Shown piece after piece: positions 1 through 8,660 of a stretch of 64,000 bases of DNA. The position numbers and the translations under genes were made by a program. The stretch is taken from the NCBI GenBank assembly GCA_021647375.1, contig JAKIUV010000003.1, forward strand, positions 5,528 to 69,527, read 5' to 3'. Position 1 is the stretch's first letter. Every line of letters begins with the position of its first letter. The notes beneath the pieces are model-generated. The model ran no database searches. It saw nothing but the letters and a program-made list of their open reading frames with translations, and had not been told where the DNA came from. The DNA comes from Robiginitomaculum sp. (GTDB lineage Bacteria > Pseudomonadota > Alphaproteobacteria > Caulobacterales > Maricaulaceae).

Positions 1-52
1 TGGCCGGAGCGGTGCCCACACGCCGCTCCGGCTCCTTGCTTGGGAGAACAAA

Positions 53-328
53 ATGAAACACTATGCTATTCGCCATAAGGGCACGGGTAAATATCTCGGC
101 TACGTCAATCAAAACAATACGACTCGCAAACTCGAATTTGCAATCCAGCTGCTGTTATGGAAAACACTTTATGGGCTTCTAAGTAATCTTATTAAGCTCC
201 GAGCCGCACAAGCCGCACTCAAGGATTTTGAGATTGTCACCTTTGATGTTGTGATTACGCGCGATAACCAAGCACCCGTAAAGGCCTGCACATTCTTTGA
301 TAAAGCGCAGGGTGAACAACGTGGATAA
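53..328 (+). CDS. hypothetical island protein (91 aa)
   Basis: ORF track; first of the co-oriented island ORFs; no motif recognised. Confidence 0.35.
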   Translation: MKHYAIRHKGTGKYLGYVNQNNTTRKLEFAIQLLLWKTLYGLLSNLIKLRAAQAALKDFEIVTFDVVITRDNQAPVKACTFFDKAQGEQRG

Positions 329-779
329 ACCAAATTTACAAGTTTTTTTGGCGGTTCTGACGGGTCAATTAATTGACAAATGTGGCGGGCTAGTCTCGGC
401 GGCTTTGGAGTGTGATGTCAGCAAGAGCCAATTACAACGGGCGGCAGATCCAAATCACAGCTATAGTCTGAAAGCGTCCACAATTTATCATTTAGAGCAA
501 GCCTGCGGGGAAGCCGTCCTTTCCCGCGAATTACACGACATGAGCATTCTTTCCGCGCCCACAGATAAACGCCACCCAGTTCTGATAGGCATAGATTTAG
601 CCGACAAAGCCACAGATTTAACCGTGACTATTGTCAGTGTGATGCGCGACGGCAGGTTGAGTATCAATGAACATAAAACTCTGACCACAAAATATTCTGA
701 CATTCGCGGCCTGTTGGCGCGGCTGGTTCAGTCCAATCCCATTAAAAAACTACCACGGAGCAAGGCCTATGACCACTAG
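297..779 (+). CDS. hypothetical island protein, possible HTH regulator (start uncertain; GTG 321 is an alternative)
   Basis: ORF track. The segment SKSQLQRAADPNHSYSLKASTIYHLEQACG looks HTH-like. Overlaps both neighbours. Confidence 0.4.
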   Translation: MIKRRVNNVDKPNLQVFLAVLTGQLIDKCGGLVSAALECDVSKSQLQRAADPNHSYSLKASTIYHLEQACGEAVLSRELHDMSILSAPTDKRHPVLIGIDLADKATDLTVTIVSVMRDGRLSINEHKTLTTKYSDIRGLLARLVQSNPIKKLPRSKAYDH

Positions 780-1143
780 AACCCAATACGCTGGAATAGG
801 CAGGTTCAAAACCTTCAAAGTCCGCAGCGCCCGCAAGCTGATTGCCATCGGGCAAGCCTTATTGGCAGGCAAAACGGAAAAGCCAAAATGGCACAAACCA
901 AGTGCAGAGCAAGTCGCCGCCATGTCGGCAATACAGGATATTGAACCGATAGAATATGCAGGCAGTTGGGACGGCGTTGTTTTCACCCTGGGGGGAAGTC
1001 GCGGCCAGTTCAACATGTTGACCAATGCGGCGCAGGCCATGATTGCCGCCGGACAAATTACCGCCGATGGCCGCCTGACCCCAGCGGCGCAAGATTATTT
1101 GCGCGATGTGGACGGATATATCACACCCATAAAGGCCGCATAA
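769..1143 (+). CDS. hypothetical island protein (124 aa)
   Basis: ORF track; its stop TAA is fused to the next start (TAATG at 1141-1145). Confidence 0.45.
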   Translation: MTTRTQYAGIGRFKTFKVRSARKLIAIGQALLAGKTEKPKWHKPSAEQVAAMSAIQDIEPIEYAGSWDGVVFTLGGSRGQFNMLTNAAQAMIAAGQITADGRLTPAAQDYLRDVDGYITPIKAA

Positions 1144-1439
1144 TGTCTCATACTTGGATCAAAAAACCATCGCACACCAAAAAGAAAAGCACATTCAAGT
1201 GCCCAGACTGTGGCGCTGCGTGCCGGATTAGCCAAACCAAAATCCTATCGGCGACATATAAAGAATTTTACGCAAGCTGTAGCAGTGACAAATGTGGCGG
1301 GCGCTATGTTTTCGGCAGTGAACCAGTCCGCGTCCTAACGCCCAGCCAGACCCCCAATCCAAATATAACCCTCCCCTTACACGATCACAATCAAGACACC
1401 TCACCATCAGCTAATATTGAAAAGGAGCAGTCATGCTAA
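1143..1439 (+). CDS. Ogr/Delta-family zinc-finger transcriptional activator
   Basis: FKCPDCG-(22 aa)-CSSDKCG gives the exact CX2C-X22-CX4C spacing of phage P2 Ogr and P4 Delta. About 98 aa; the internal ATG at 1143 is in the frame of ORF 966..1439. Confidence 0.8.
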   Translation: MSHTWIKKPSHTKKKSTFKCPDCGAACRISQTKILSATYKEFYASCSSDKCGGRYVFGSEPVRVLTPSQTPNPNITLPLHDHNQDTSPSANIEKEQSC

Positions 1440-1738
1440 AACCTCATTTAGACACTTGCGATAATCTTGCCCGCGACATTCTTGCGAGATTGGTTATCGA
1501 CGGCCAAGACAGCCGCGACCAAACACTGACGCGGGTCGTGAACAGGTTGGTCAGAGAACATGGTTTCACCATGGACGCGGCTCGCGGTGCGGCGGCCAAG
1601 GCAGTTGCCGAAACCGACAGCCGTAATATTGACGGCTATCTGGACTTGGACGCCAGTACCAGCACGGCGCTGTTCGTCAAAGTCGACGGCAATACCCGAG
1701 TCTTGTCCCTCGCCCAGATATTACGGTTTTTTGAGTAA
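1433..1738 (+). CDS. hypothetical island protein (101 aa)
   Basis: ORF track; overlaps the upstream gene by 7 nt and is TAATG-coupled to the downstream gene. Confidence 0.45.
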   Translation: MLKPHLDTCDNLARDILARLVIDGQDSRDQTLTRVVNRLVREHGFTMDAARGAAAKAVAETDSRNIDGYLDLDASTSTALFVKVDGNTRVLSLAQILRFFE

Positions 1739-1959
1739 TGGCGGCACAGGGTCAAATAGATTTTGAGACATGCACATCTTGCCCCGCGCCGTTTCGTTTT
1801 GACTGGGCATGTGTTTTTTGCACAGCCGCCCTGATCCTGACATTCCCTAAACCGCAAAGACGCGATTACATCGACTATGCCTGTGGCCACAAAGGTCACA
1901 ACCCCAATGATTTGAAACAGGAGATTATCAGACAACACCTCACCAAACAGGCCGCGTAA
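1738..1959 (+). CDS. small Cys-rich hypothetical protein (73 aa)
   Basis: ORF track; six Cys residues including CTSC and CVFC pairs. Confidence 0.4.
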   Translation: MAAQGQIDFETCTSCPAPFRFDWACVFCTAALILTFPKPQRRDYIDYACGHKGHNPNDLKQEIIRQHLTKQAA

Positions 1960-1992
1960 CGGCTTCATCAAAAACCAACACCGGAGGATATT

Positions 1993-2157
1993 ATGGTTTT
2001 ACTTTTATTGGCGATACTCGCCCTTTATTTTTGCATCGCGATTTTTGCCGGGCTTCACAGCCTGGTCAAAAACAACAACGCAGATGCACCCGTTTTTCAG
2101 CTACTTTTTGCAATCGGCAAAGGCCTGTCATGGCCGCTTACATTGCGGAGCCAGTAA
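1993..2157 (+). CDS. unannotated small membrane protein (54 aa)
   Basis: Hand translation: MVLLLLAILALYFCIAIFAGLHSLVKNNNADAPVFQLLFAIGKGLSWPLTLRSQ. GGAGGA lies 6 nt upstream. Its stop is fused to the next start (TAATG 2155-2159). Confidence 0.45.
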   Translation: MVLLLLAILALYFCIAIFAGLHSLVKNNNADAPVFQLLFAIGKGLSWPLTLRSQ

Positions 2158-2561
2158 TGGATATGCAAACACATGTGATAGAGCCAAACGGGTTGAACGC
2201 AGGCCAGACAGTTGAAAAACTGCAAGCCAAAATCCGGACTTTGGAGACAGTGATTGATGATCTGCAGGCAGAGGTCAAAGCACACGGACAATTAAAGGAC
2301 GGCGGCGTATTGCCAAAAGACAACGAGCCATTCTTTGTTCTGGTTGCTCGCGACCCGTTTGCTCCCATCCTCGTTGATGCCTGGGCATTTCTGCGCATGG
2401 GCAGGTTTACAGAAGCCCAGCACGTCTTAAACCGCCTGTTAAATCCAACCTTGGTTGTTGACCCGCAAATGTCCGATGACCCGCAAATCATAAACGCATT
2501 TCGCATTGGCAGATATATGGCCGACTGGTTCAAAGCCAAAATATTGAACGGAGCGGGATGA
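2157..2561 (+). CDS. hypothetical island protein with a coiled-coil segment (134 aa)
   Basis: Internal ATG of ORF 2031..2561, coupled to the upstream mini-ORF. Heptad-like segment: VEKLQAKIRTLETVIDDLQAEVKA. Confidence 0.45.
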   Translation: MDMQTHVIEPNGLNAGQTVEKLQAKIRTLETVIDDLQAEVKAHGQLKDGGVLPKDNEPFFVLVARDPFAPILVDAWAFLRMGRFTEAQHVLNRLLNPTLVVDPQMSDDPQIINAFRIGRYMADWFKAKILNGAG

Positions 2562-2710
2562 TGTGGAGCCATGCAATAATTATAGCTTTCGCCGTAATAG
2601 CTATCCTCGGATGTATCATGATGATACCTGATTGGGTTTTTGGTTGGGCGCCAGATGAAGCCAATGACCCTGCCAACGCGGGCGCAAAGCGGGGGGACGG
2701 ACATGCCTAA
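2558..2710 (+). CDS. unannotated small membrane protein (50 aa)
   Basis: Hand translation: MMWSHAIIIAFAVIAILGCIMMIPDWVFGWAPDEANDPANAGAKRGDGHA. ATGA overlap with the upstream stop. Confidence 0.35.
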   Translation: MMWSHAIIIAFAVIAILGCIMMIPDWVFGWAPDEANDPANAGAKRGDGHA

Positions 2711-3116
2711 ATCCGTTGCCGTTAAAATATCCGCAGGAATGCAAAACCTCGCGGTTGATACAGAATTACGCTTAAAACAGTTGTCCGGTAATGAGGATTG
2801 TCGCTTCATAACTTTGGTCGCGGACAATACTGGCCAAGTCCACTATGTGGCGAATGTAGAGCGAGAAGCCTCTGCCAATTTACTGTATTCACTTCTTGTT
2901 GGCTGGGCAAGGCGTGATGACCACGTAGCCGAACATGTCCGCCAAATGATTTTGAACGCGAGCAAGCTAGGTAAATCATCAGACCACCGCGCACATTTGC
3001 AATCCGAACTCGACCGATTGACGGCCTTATGTGAGCGCCCTGATGCTCGTCCGGTGGATTTCCATAACAAAGCCCGCGCTGCCAGACGGCTGGCTTCTCG
3101 CACGAAAGGAACTTAG
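2703..3116 (+). CDS. hypothetical island protein (137 aa)
   Basis: Internal ATG of ORF 2640..3116, preceded by a G-rich SD-like tract. Confidence 0.45.
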   Translation: MPKSVAVKISAGMQNLAVDTELRLKQLSGNEDCRFITLVADNTGQVHYVANVEREASANLLYSLLVGWARRDDHVAEHVRQMILNASKLGKSSDHRAHLQSELDRLTALCERPDARPVDFHNKARAARRLASRTKGT

Positions 3117-3123
3117 ATTAGTT

Positions 3124-3483
3124 ATGCCCACGCCCGTCCGTAATTCCGGTACCAGATTGATATGTCCAAAATGTGGGCATGCACTGAATATCGTTGTGCG
3201 GGTGCCAAGTAAAATCAAGCTTTGTTTTTTGCACCCCTACGCCACCCTGGAACGCAAACAGGTATTCGCACCAAGGCGTCTCGGGCAAAACAGGTTGGCC
3301 AAATTAAAAACCGATATGAAGTTGAGCACACAGGCGCTCGACACCCTATTTGTTGACCACGCTGATTTTGTATCTCTCGCCGAAAATGTAGCCCGACGTT
3401 TACTCCAGTCCGGCAAAGAATTGCAAGAACTGGCCGCCATCCCAAGAGAGAAAAATAGGGAAGGTAATGACCATGAATATTGA
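3124..3483 (+). CDS. hypothetical protein with an N-terminal CPKCGH motif (119 aa)
   Basis: Internal ATG of ORF 3031..3483; start uncertain. Confidence 0.35.
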   Translation: MPTPVRNSGTRLICPKCGHALNIVVRVPSKIKLCFLHPYATLERKQVFAPRRLGQNRLAKLKTDMKLSTQALDTLFVDHADFVSLAENVARRLLQSGKELQELAAIPREKNREGNDHEY

Positions 3484-3931
3484 TTTGAATGTAGAAGCCA
3501 TGTCCCGCCAAGACCTGATAGCCGCATATTTTGATCTGGTTGATAGGCTGGAAGCCATTTTTTGTGTCAATAATGAAGGGTTGAACAGTGTCGTTGCATT
3601 TGTGAAGCACCACGAAACAAATAAGAAATATTCCTCCCTGGGATGCGCTAAAACACTGTGTCTTTTACTCTCCGGTAGACTAGTCAGCCGCGAAAGTATT
3701 GTCGCGGCTACAGCCACCAACAAAGCGCCCGAAGATTGCGTTACGGTTAGCGGCGGAATGGCCAGCGTTTACATTTGCAATCTGCGCAAAATCCTTAAGC
3801 CGTTAAGGATTGAAATCATCACATCCCGTGGATTGGGATACTACTTAAACCCATCCCACATCACCCCCCTGAAACAGGCAATAGAACAAGCGAGCGCACC
3901 CCAAGGGCACTTCCAAGAGGGCGCAGCATGA
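3467..3931 (+). CDS. OmpR/PhoB-type winged-helix DNA-binding protein without a receiver domain
   Basis: The C-terminus (LLSGRLVSRESIV...VYICNLRKILKPLRIEIITSRGLGYYL) matches the trans_reg_C pattern (..VSRE..., hIxxLRkKL, TvRGxGY). Confidence 0.55.
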   Translation: MTMNIDLNVEAMSRQDLIAAYFDLVDRLEAIFCVNNEGLNSVVAFVKHHETNKKYSSLGCAKTLCLLLSGRLVSRESIVAATATNKAPEDCVTVSGGMASVYICNLRKILKPLRIEIITSRGLGYYLNPSHITPLKQAIEQASAPQGHFQEGAA

Positions 3932-4125
3932 TGTCCGGGTTCACAGTCATGGAAAAATTACGCAGTTGGCGGTGGCACAAAGACGGCTGGGATAATCGGC
4001 TTATTTGCCTACGCATCAACCAAGATCGTCAAACCCCTCCCCTTGCAAAGCACGGCTTTCCTAAAACTACAATTCGCGAAGTCACTAATATGCTTTCCCA
4101 ATTTAAAACAGACACAACAATATGA
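3928..4125 (+). CDS. hypothetical island protein (65 aa)
   Basis: ORF track; ATGA overlaps at both ends. Confidence 0.35.
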   Translation: MMSGFTVMEKLRSWRWHKDGWDNRLICLRINQDRQTPPLAKHGFPKTTIREVTNMLSQFKTDTTI

Positions 4126-6779
4126 GAGCAGATATTTTAGATGATGTCCGGCGCACTCTCATTGCCGACTTCAAATTTGTCAAGCGTGGTACTTGGCTGC
4201 AAAAGGGGACGTGCCCACAGTGCAGCAGCAAAGAATTATTTACCCATGCCGACAGCCCCTGGGTGATCAAGTGTGGGCGCTATAACAATTGCGGTTATGA
4301 GCGGCACGCCAAGGATCTATACCCTGATTTGTTCACGAAGTTTAACGACCGCTACAAACCAACAATGGAAAACCCTAATGCCACGGCAGAGGCCTATTTG
4401 AAATATGCTCGGGGTTTTGACCTCAAATCTATCAAAGGCTGGTACCGCCAAGAAAAATATTGGCACCGTCACGGCGACAAGGGGACGGCCACCGTCCGGT
4501 TTGATATAGACCGTGCTAACGATGTGTATATGGAGCGCCTGATTGAAACCGTCGTGGTGACGGATAAAACAGGGAAAAGAACAAAGCGCAAAGCCAATTT
4601 TAACGGCAAACACCGTGGGCTATGGTGGCAACCCCCTGGTATGGAAATAAAGGATGGTGATACAGTCTGGCTGGTCGAAGGCTGTCTGGACGCGATTGCC
4701 CTAAATCTGAACGATGTTAAGTCCGTCGCAACATTGTCCGCCGTTAACTATCCCGCGCTGATGCTGGAAAAGTACAAGGACAAGAAAATTCGGTGGATTT
4801 TCGCCCTTGATAACGACACAACCGGAAAAAAATACACCAAACGACATGTCAAAAAAGCCAAATCTGCAGAATACAAAGTTGGCGCTGCGCAAATCCCGTC
4901 CGGACAGGGCGGCGGTAAAATTGACTGGAATGATTTGCACCAGCAAGGCAAGCTCGACGAAGAGTATTTACGCGAATGTCTATACCACGGTGACTTGCTG
5001 ACGGCCAAATCAGCATTTGTGAAATCCATGCTGATCTGGAAACACGGCAATGCCAGTTCGTTTAGTTTTACCTTCAACAATCGTCTATATTGGTTCAAAA
5101 CTGAAGTTGATAAGCTGAATAAAGCTATCGAAGAAGTCAGTATGGCTTATCCCGATTTGGATCCAAAAGAGATACGCCAAAAGGCTATCCAACAGGCCTC
5201 TATGCTGAGCGAGATTTGCAATTGCAATCCGCGCTTTCTATATTTCCAATCCCACGAAGCCACGGATGAGAGCTGGTATTATTGCAATATTTCTTTCCCC
5301 AATGGCCGCCCTCCCATTAAAACCACGTTTTCAGGTGGGCAAATCTCCAGCTCGGCAGAGTTTAAAAAACGGTTATTGACCGCCGCACCAGGTGGCCTGT
5401 TCATAGGCGGAGGCGGACAACTCAACTGGATTATCAAAAATCACCTTGCCAATATCAAGCAAGTAAAAACCATTGACTATGTCGGATATTCCAAAGACCA
5501 TCAGGCTTATATATTCAACGAATTTGCAGTCAAACACGGTCAATATTACAAGGCCAATGCCGACGAATATGTGGAAATTGACAAGCTTTCCATTAAAACC
5601 CTTAGCAAAACATTTAGGTTTGAAATTGGCAAGAGTCATGAACACAACACAGATTGGCCGGAGCTGGTATATCAGGCTTATGGCGTCAAAGGACTTATAG
5701 CATTGACGTTCTGGTTTGGCTCACTTTTTGCCGAGCAAATCCGTACAACCCAAAAATCATTCCCATTTTTAGAAATTGTTGGCGAAGCCGATGCTGGCAA
5801 AACTGGATTGATTGTGTTTTTGTGGAAATTATTAGGATTAGACGACACCGAAGGCTTTGACCCGTCAAAGGCCACCACTGCGGGTAGACGCCGGAAATTT
5901 GCGCAGGTTTCAAATTTACCCATCGTATTGCTAGAAGGTGATCGGGACGAGGCATCAAAATACAAAGCATTTGATTTTAACGAATTAAAAGACGCCTATA
6001 ATGGGCGCGGCATTGGTGAACGCGGCATTAAAAATTCCGGCAATGAAACCTATGCACCATCATTTAAGGCGGCGATAGTCATTGCACAGAATGCCGATGT
6101 GCAAGGCTCCGAAGCCGTCATGCAGCGCCTCATCCATCTGAAATTTGACACCGAAAGGCATTCGCCAGCGGGACGGCGGGCTTCAGATAAACTAGATGCT
6201 ATGGATGTTGAACACGTGTCGCAATTTATGTTGAAGTCTATCCTAAACGAAAAAAACATTCTCGCGCATTTTAATGAAAAAACTAGGTCGTATGAAGACA
6301 AGTTATCTGAAAATGAACACATTAAAACAGGCCGCATTGCCAAAAACCACGGGCAACTTATGGCGCTGGCCGATTCTATGGTCAAGATTACCAACCTAGG
6401 TGAGGACAGGCTTCAGGAAATCCATGCACATTTAGTAATATTAGCAGTCGAACGCCAACGCGCCGTCAAAGCCGATCATCCGATGTTACAGCAGTTTTGG
6501 GAAACTTTCGACTTTCTCAATGCATCAAATGGTTATACACGGCAGAACCATTCACGTGTCGCCGGACTGATTGCCATCAACCTTAATCACTTCGTGAAAA
6601 TAGCGACAGAAGAACGTCAGCAAATTCCGGCGCTGACAGACCTAAAACCACTGTTGAAACAAACACGCACCCACAAATTTGTCGGCATCCGCGCCGTGAA
6701 TACAGCGCTAGGTCCCGAACATAAAGTCACAGCATCCACCGTCAAATGCTGGGTGTTCGAGAAAAAGGGTGGCGCATAA
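4122..6779 (+). CDS. bifunctional DNA primase/helicase-like replication protein (zinc finger + Toprim + P-loop NTPase; P4 alpha / D5-like)
   Basis: N-terminal cysteines (CPQCSS...CGRYNNCGY). Toprim motifs (LVEGCLDAIAL, FALDNDTTGKK). Walker A (GEADAGKTG). 885 aa. Confidence 0.8.
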   Translation: MRADILDDVRRTLIADFKFVKRGTWLQKGTCPQCSSKELFTHADSPWVIKCGRYNNCGYERHAKDLYPDLFTKFNDRYKPTMENPNATAEAYLKYARGFDLKSIKGWYRQEKYWHRHGDKGTATVRFDIDRANDVYMERLIETVVVTDKTGKRTKRKANFNGKHRGLWWQPPGMEIKDGDTVWLVEGCLDAIALNLNDVKSVATLSAVNYPALMLEKYKDKKIRWIFALDNDTTGKKYTKRHVKKAKSAEYKVGAAQIPSGQGGGKIDWNDLHQQGKLDEEYLRECLYHGDLLTAKSAFVKSMLIWKHGNASSFSFTFNNRLYWFKTEVDKLNKAIEEVSMAYPDLDPKEIRQKAIQQASMLSEICNCNPRFLYFQSHEATDESWYYCNISFPNGRPPIKTTFSGGQISSSAEFKKRLLTAAPGGLFIGGGGQLNWIIKNHLANIKQVKTIDYVGYSKDHQAYIFNEFAVKHGQYYKANADEYVEIDKLSIKTLSKTFRFEIGKSHEHNTDWPELVYQAYGVKGLIALTFWFGSLFAEQIRTTQKSFPFLEIVGEADAGKTGLIVFLWKLLGLDDTEGFDPSKATTAGRRRKFAQVSNLPIVLLEGDRDEASKYKAFDFNELKDAYNGRGIGERGIKNSGNETYAPSFKAAIVIAQNADVQGSEAVMQRLIHLKFDTERHSPAGRRASDKLDAMDVEHVSQFMLKSILNEKNILAHFNEKTRSYEDKLSENEHIKTGRIAKNHGQLMALADSMVKITNLGEDRLQEIHAHLVILAVERQRAVKADHPMLQQFWETFDFLNASNGYTRQNHSRVAGLIAINLNHFVKIATEERQQIPALTDLKPLLKQTRTHKFVGIRAVNTALGPEHKVTASTVKCWVFEKKGGA

Positions 6780-6964
6780 TGACCGCAGCTCCTCCGCCAA
6801 TCGCCATGTCCGTACCAGAGGCAGCACAAGCCTGCAGTCTGTCAGAGCGCCAGATGTGGCGCATTTTAAAAGCCGAAAACATACCAACCAGAAAACTAGG
6901 CCGCCGCACACTCGTACTCTACGACGGCTTAAAAAATTACATAGAGGGATTACCACAGTCATGA
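6779..6964 (+). CDS. AlpA/excisionase-like helix-turn-helix protein
   Basis: 61 aa; SVPEAAQACSLSERQMWRILKAENIPTRKLGRRTLVLYDGLKNYIE fits the AlpA/Xis HTH pattern. TAATG-coupled to the primase. Confidence 0.6.
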   Translation: MTAAPPPIAMSVPEAAQACSLSERQMWRILKAENIPTRKLGRRTLVLYDGLKNYIEGLPQS

Positions 6965-7182
6965 CACCTAAAAGCAGAGCAGCTATCGCCCGTAGAAAAA
7001 TAGCCGCTGCTGAGCGGGCTATCATTGGTATTGGTGAACTGTATCAAGACATAGACAATAGCATTTATGAACAGTGCTCTATGGATGATTTTTGGTGGAA
7101 ACGTCTTGAAGTCCTTAAAGCAATGGTCGAGCAATCACACGACCAAGAGGAAAAATTTCCACTCTTACGGTGGGGACAATGA
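6961..7182 (+). CDS. hypothetical island protein (73 aa)
   Basis: Internal ATG of ORF 6769..7182; ATGA overlap with the AlpA-like gene. Confidence 0.4.
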   Translation: MTPKSRAAIARRKIAAAERAIIGIGELYQDIDNSIYEQCSMDDFWWKRLEVLKAMVEQSHDQEEKFPLLRWGQ

Positions 7183-7183
7183 A

Positions 7184-7375
7184 ATGAAATTACACTCAAC
7201 ATCGGTTTGTGACTCCTGTAACGGTAAAATGCAAATATCGCTCAAGACATTAACGCACGGATTGGCTAAGTGCGACGATTGCTATGATCACCGAACCTTA
7301 CGAAAAGACGAAATGCGCGGCGCAATCACATTATTGGCGCGGATAATTTATGACCTTGATAAAGCCAGTAAATAA
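7184..7375 (+). CDS. small Cys-containing hypothetical protein (63 aa)
   Basis: Internal ATG of ORF 7067..7375; CDSC...CDDC pairs. Its 3' end overlaps the integrase 3' end by 28 nt (convergent). Confidence 0.4.
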   Translation: MKLHSTSVCDSCNGKMQISLKTLTHGLAKCDDCYDHRTLRKDEMRGAITLLARIIYDLDKASK

Positions 7376-8514
7376 TCACACCACGCCTGCATCAATTCTC
7401 GCCGCAGATTAAGCCCTTTCCTGCGCCTGTAGGCGCGGCGGACGCTTGATCCTACCTTGTGCGCCAGCGCCAGCTCCGACACCTCGTCAGCATAGCCTGT
7501 GCAGTCCATTGCCCAATCTTTGAACGTCGACCGGAAGCCGTGTGCAGTATAATCTAGGTTCATGGCTTTCATTGTGGATCTAAACGCATTTTCAGAAAAC
7601 CCTTTGCCCCGATATGGATAAACTAGGCCTGTAGCCGGCACGGGTCGGGGATCAGGCAATAGGGTGATCATGGCCGGGGTCAGAGGGATTATATGATCCG
7701 TATCACTGCGTTTCATGCGGCTGGCCGGAATTGTCCAAACCTTATTTCCTAAATCAAACTCGCGCCAGTCAGCATGCCGGACCATATGCCCACGGGACGC
7801 CGTCAGTATAGTGAGCGCCAAAGCAAAGCGCGTGTCGTGCTTGCTACGCCCTAGAGTGCGGTAAAAATCCGGGGCATCGACGTAGGGCATAGCTGCGTGG
7901 TGTTTAACCTTGGGTTTGTGATCCGGAAGCAGATATTCAAGCGCACCTTTCCACCTCGCTGGGTTTGGTTTATCCTGCGACCGCCAGCCAAGCACTGTGG
8001 CTAAATCAAGTGCCTGCTCTATCATACCGCGCGTCATCCGGGCGGAGTGGTTCATTGTGTACCAAATCGGCTTGATTACATCCTCGACATCTTTGACGCT
8101 TATCTGGTCTAAGGCCATATTGTTCAAAGGCGATGCGTGTTCCATGAGGCCGCGCCGCCACTTGATACCCGTCTTGTCCGATTTCCAACTTTTCTTCCTG
8201 CGATCGATGATTGCGGTAGCAGCATCTTTAAATGTCCGTCCGGTATTGTCCTGGTGCATGACGGTGCGAATATCGCGTCCCTCAAATGCAGCTAACCTAC
8301 ATTCGGCGGCTATTTTTCGCGCAGCGGCAAGTGAGAGCGTGTTAATAGGAGCAATGGTGAGATCAATCCGGCGTTTGTTTTTAGTTTGCCTGTATATCCA
8401 TGTTTTGGTGCCCTCCGCACGCACCCGCAGATACAAACCGCCACCATCGGCCAGCCAGCCTATTTTAGTAGTGTTTTTCACCATCAATGGTGTGAGTTTA
8501 TGTATTTGACCCAT
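7348..8514 (-). CDS. int: tyrosine-type site-specific integrase (P4-like family)
   Basis: 388 aa. Catalytic pattern R (LTASRGHM), HxxR (AHGFRSTF), H...Y (LAHKVGSSVRRAYRR). Adjacent to the tRNA 3' end. Confidence 0.9.
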   Translation of the reverse strand: MGQIHKLTPLMVKNTTKIGWLADGGGLYLRVRAEGTKTWIYRQTKNKRRIDLTIAPINTLSLAAARKIAAECRLAAFEGRDIRTVMHQDNTGRTFKDAATAIIDRRKKSWKSDKTGIKWRRGLMEHASPLNNMALDQISVKDVEDVIKPIWYTMNHSARMTRGMIEQALDLATVLGWRSQDKPNPARWKGALEYLLPDHKPKVKHHAAMPYVDAPDFYRTLGRSKHDTRFALALTILTASRGHMVRHADWREFDLGNKVWTIPASRMKRSDTDHIIPLTPAMITLLPDPRPVPATGLVYPYRGKGFSENAFRSTMKAMNLDYTAHGFRSTFKDWAMDCTGYADEVSELALAHKVGSSVRRAYRRRKGLNLRRELMQAWCDYLLALSRS

Positions 8515-8660
8515 TCCCGGCTACACCTCGGACTACATTTTTGTTGTCATTCCCTGTCAGGGCATGGCACACACTGACACAGTTTGTCCAGCCATAAGCA
8601 AATAAACCACACATAAACGGCACATTATGGCACTTCATGTCACTAACTGGCAAAGTCAAC

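Larger units (their letters stand above)
1..8660. mobile_element. Integrative phage-satellite-like island (P4/PICI-like core) at tRNA-Leu; left boundary outside the window
   Basis: Tyrosine integrase abuts the tRNA 3' end. There are 17 co-oriented, overlapping short ORFs, a primase/helicase, an AlpA-like HTH and an Ogr/Delta zinc finger. No virion or lysis genes. Confidence 0.6.

Noticed and set aside
4-31. A 9-bp hairpin at the window edge (ccggagcgg-N10-ccgctccgg)
   Set aside because: It could be the terminator of an upstream gene or an island feature. Without the upstream sequence and without a U-tract it cannot be interpreted.
2138-2827. 229-aa minus-strand ORF across the island's small-gene chain
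   Set aside because: Its Cys/Ser/Arg-rich, low-complexity composition has no motifs. The plus strand carries SD-preceded, stop-start-coupled ORFs with sensible composition. Treated as a shadow ORF.
1-8660. A search for attL, a second copy of the tRNA-Leu 3' segment, inside the window
   Set aside because: I could not see a copy of gagaagactcgaacttcc or a longer match anywhere in 1-8500 by eye. The nearest look-alike (gactcgcaaactcgaattt at ~121-139) is too divergent. The left boundary is therefore left undefined rather than guessed.
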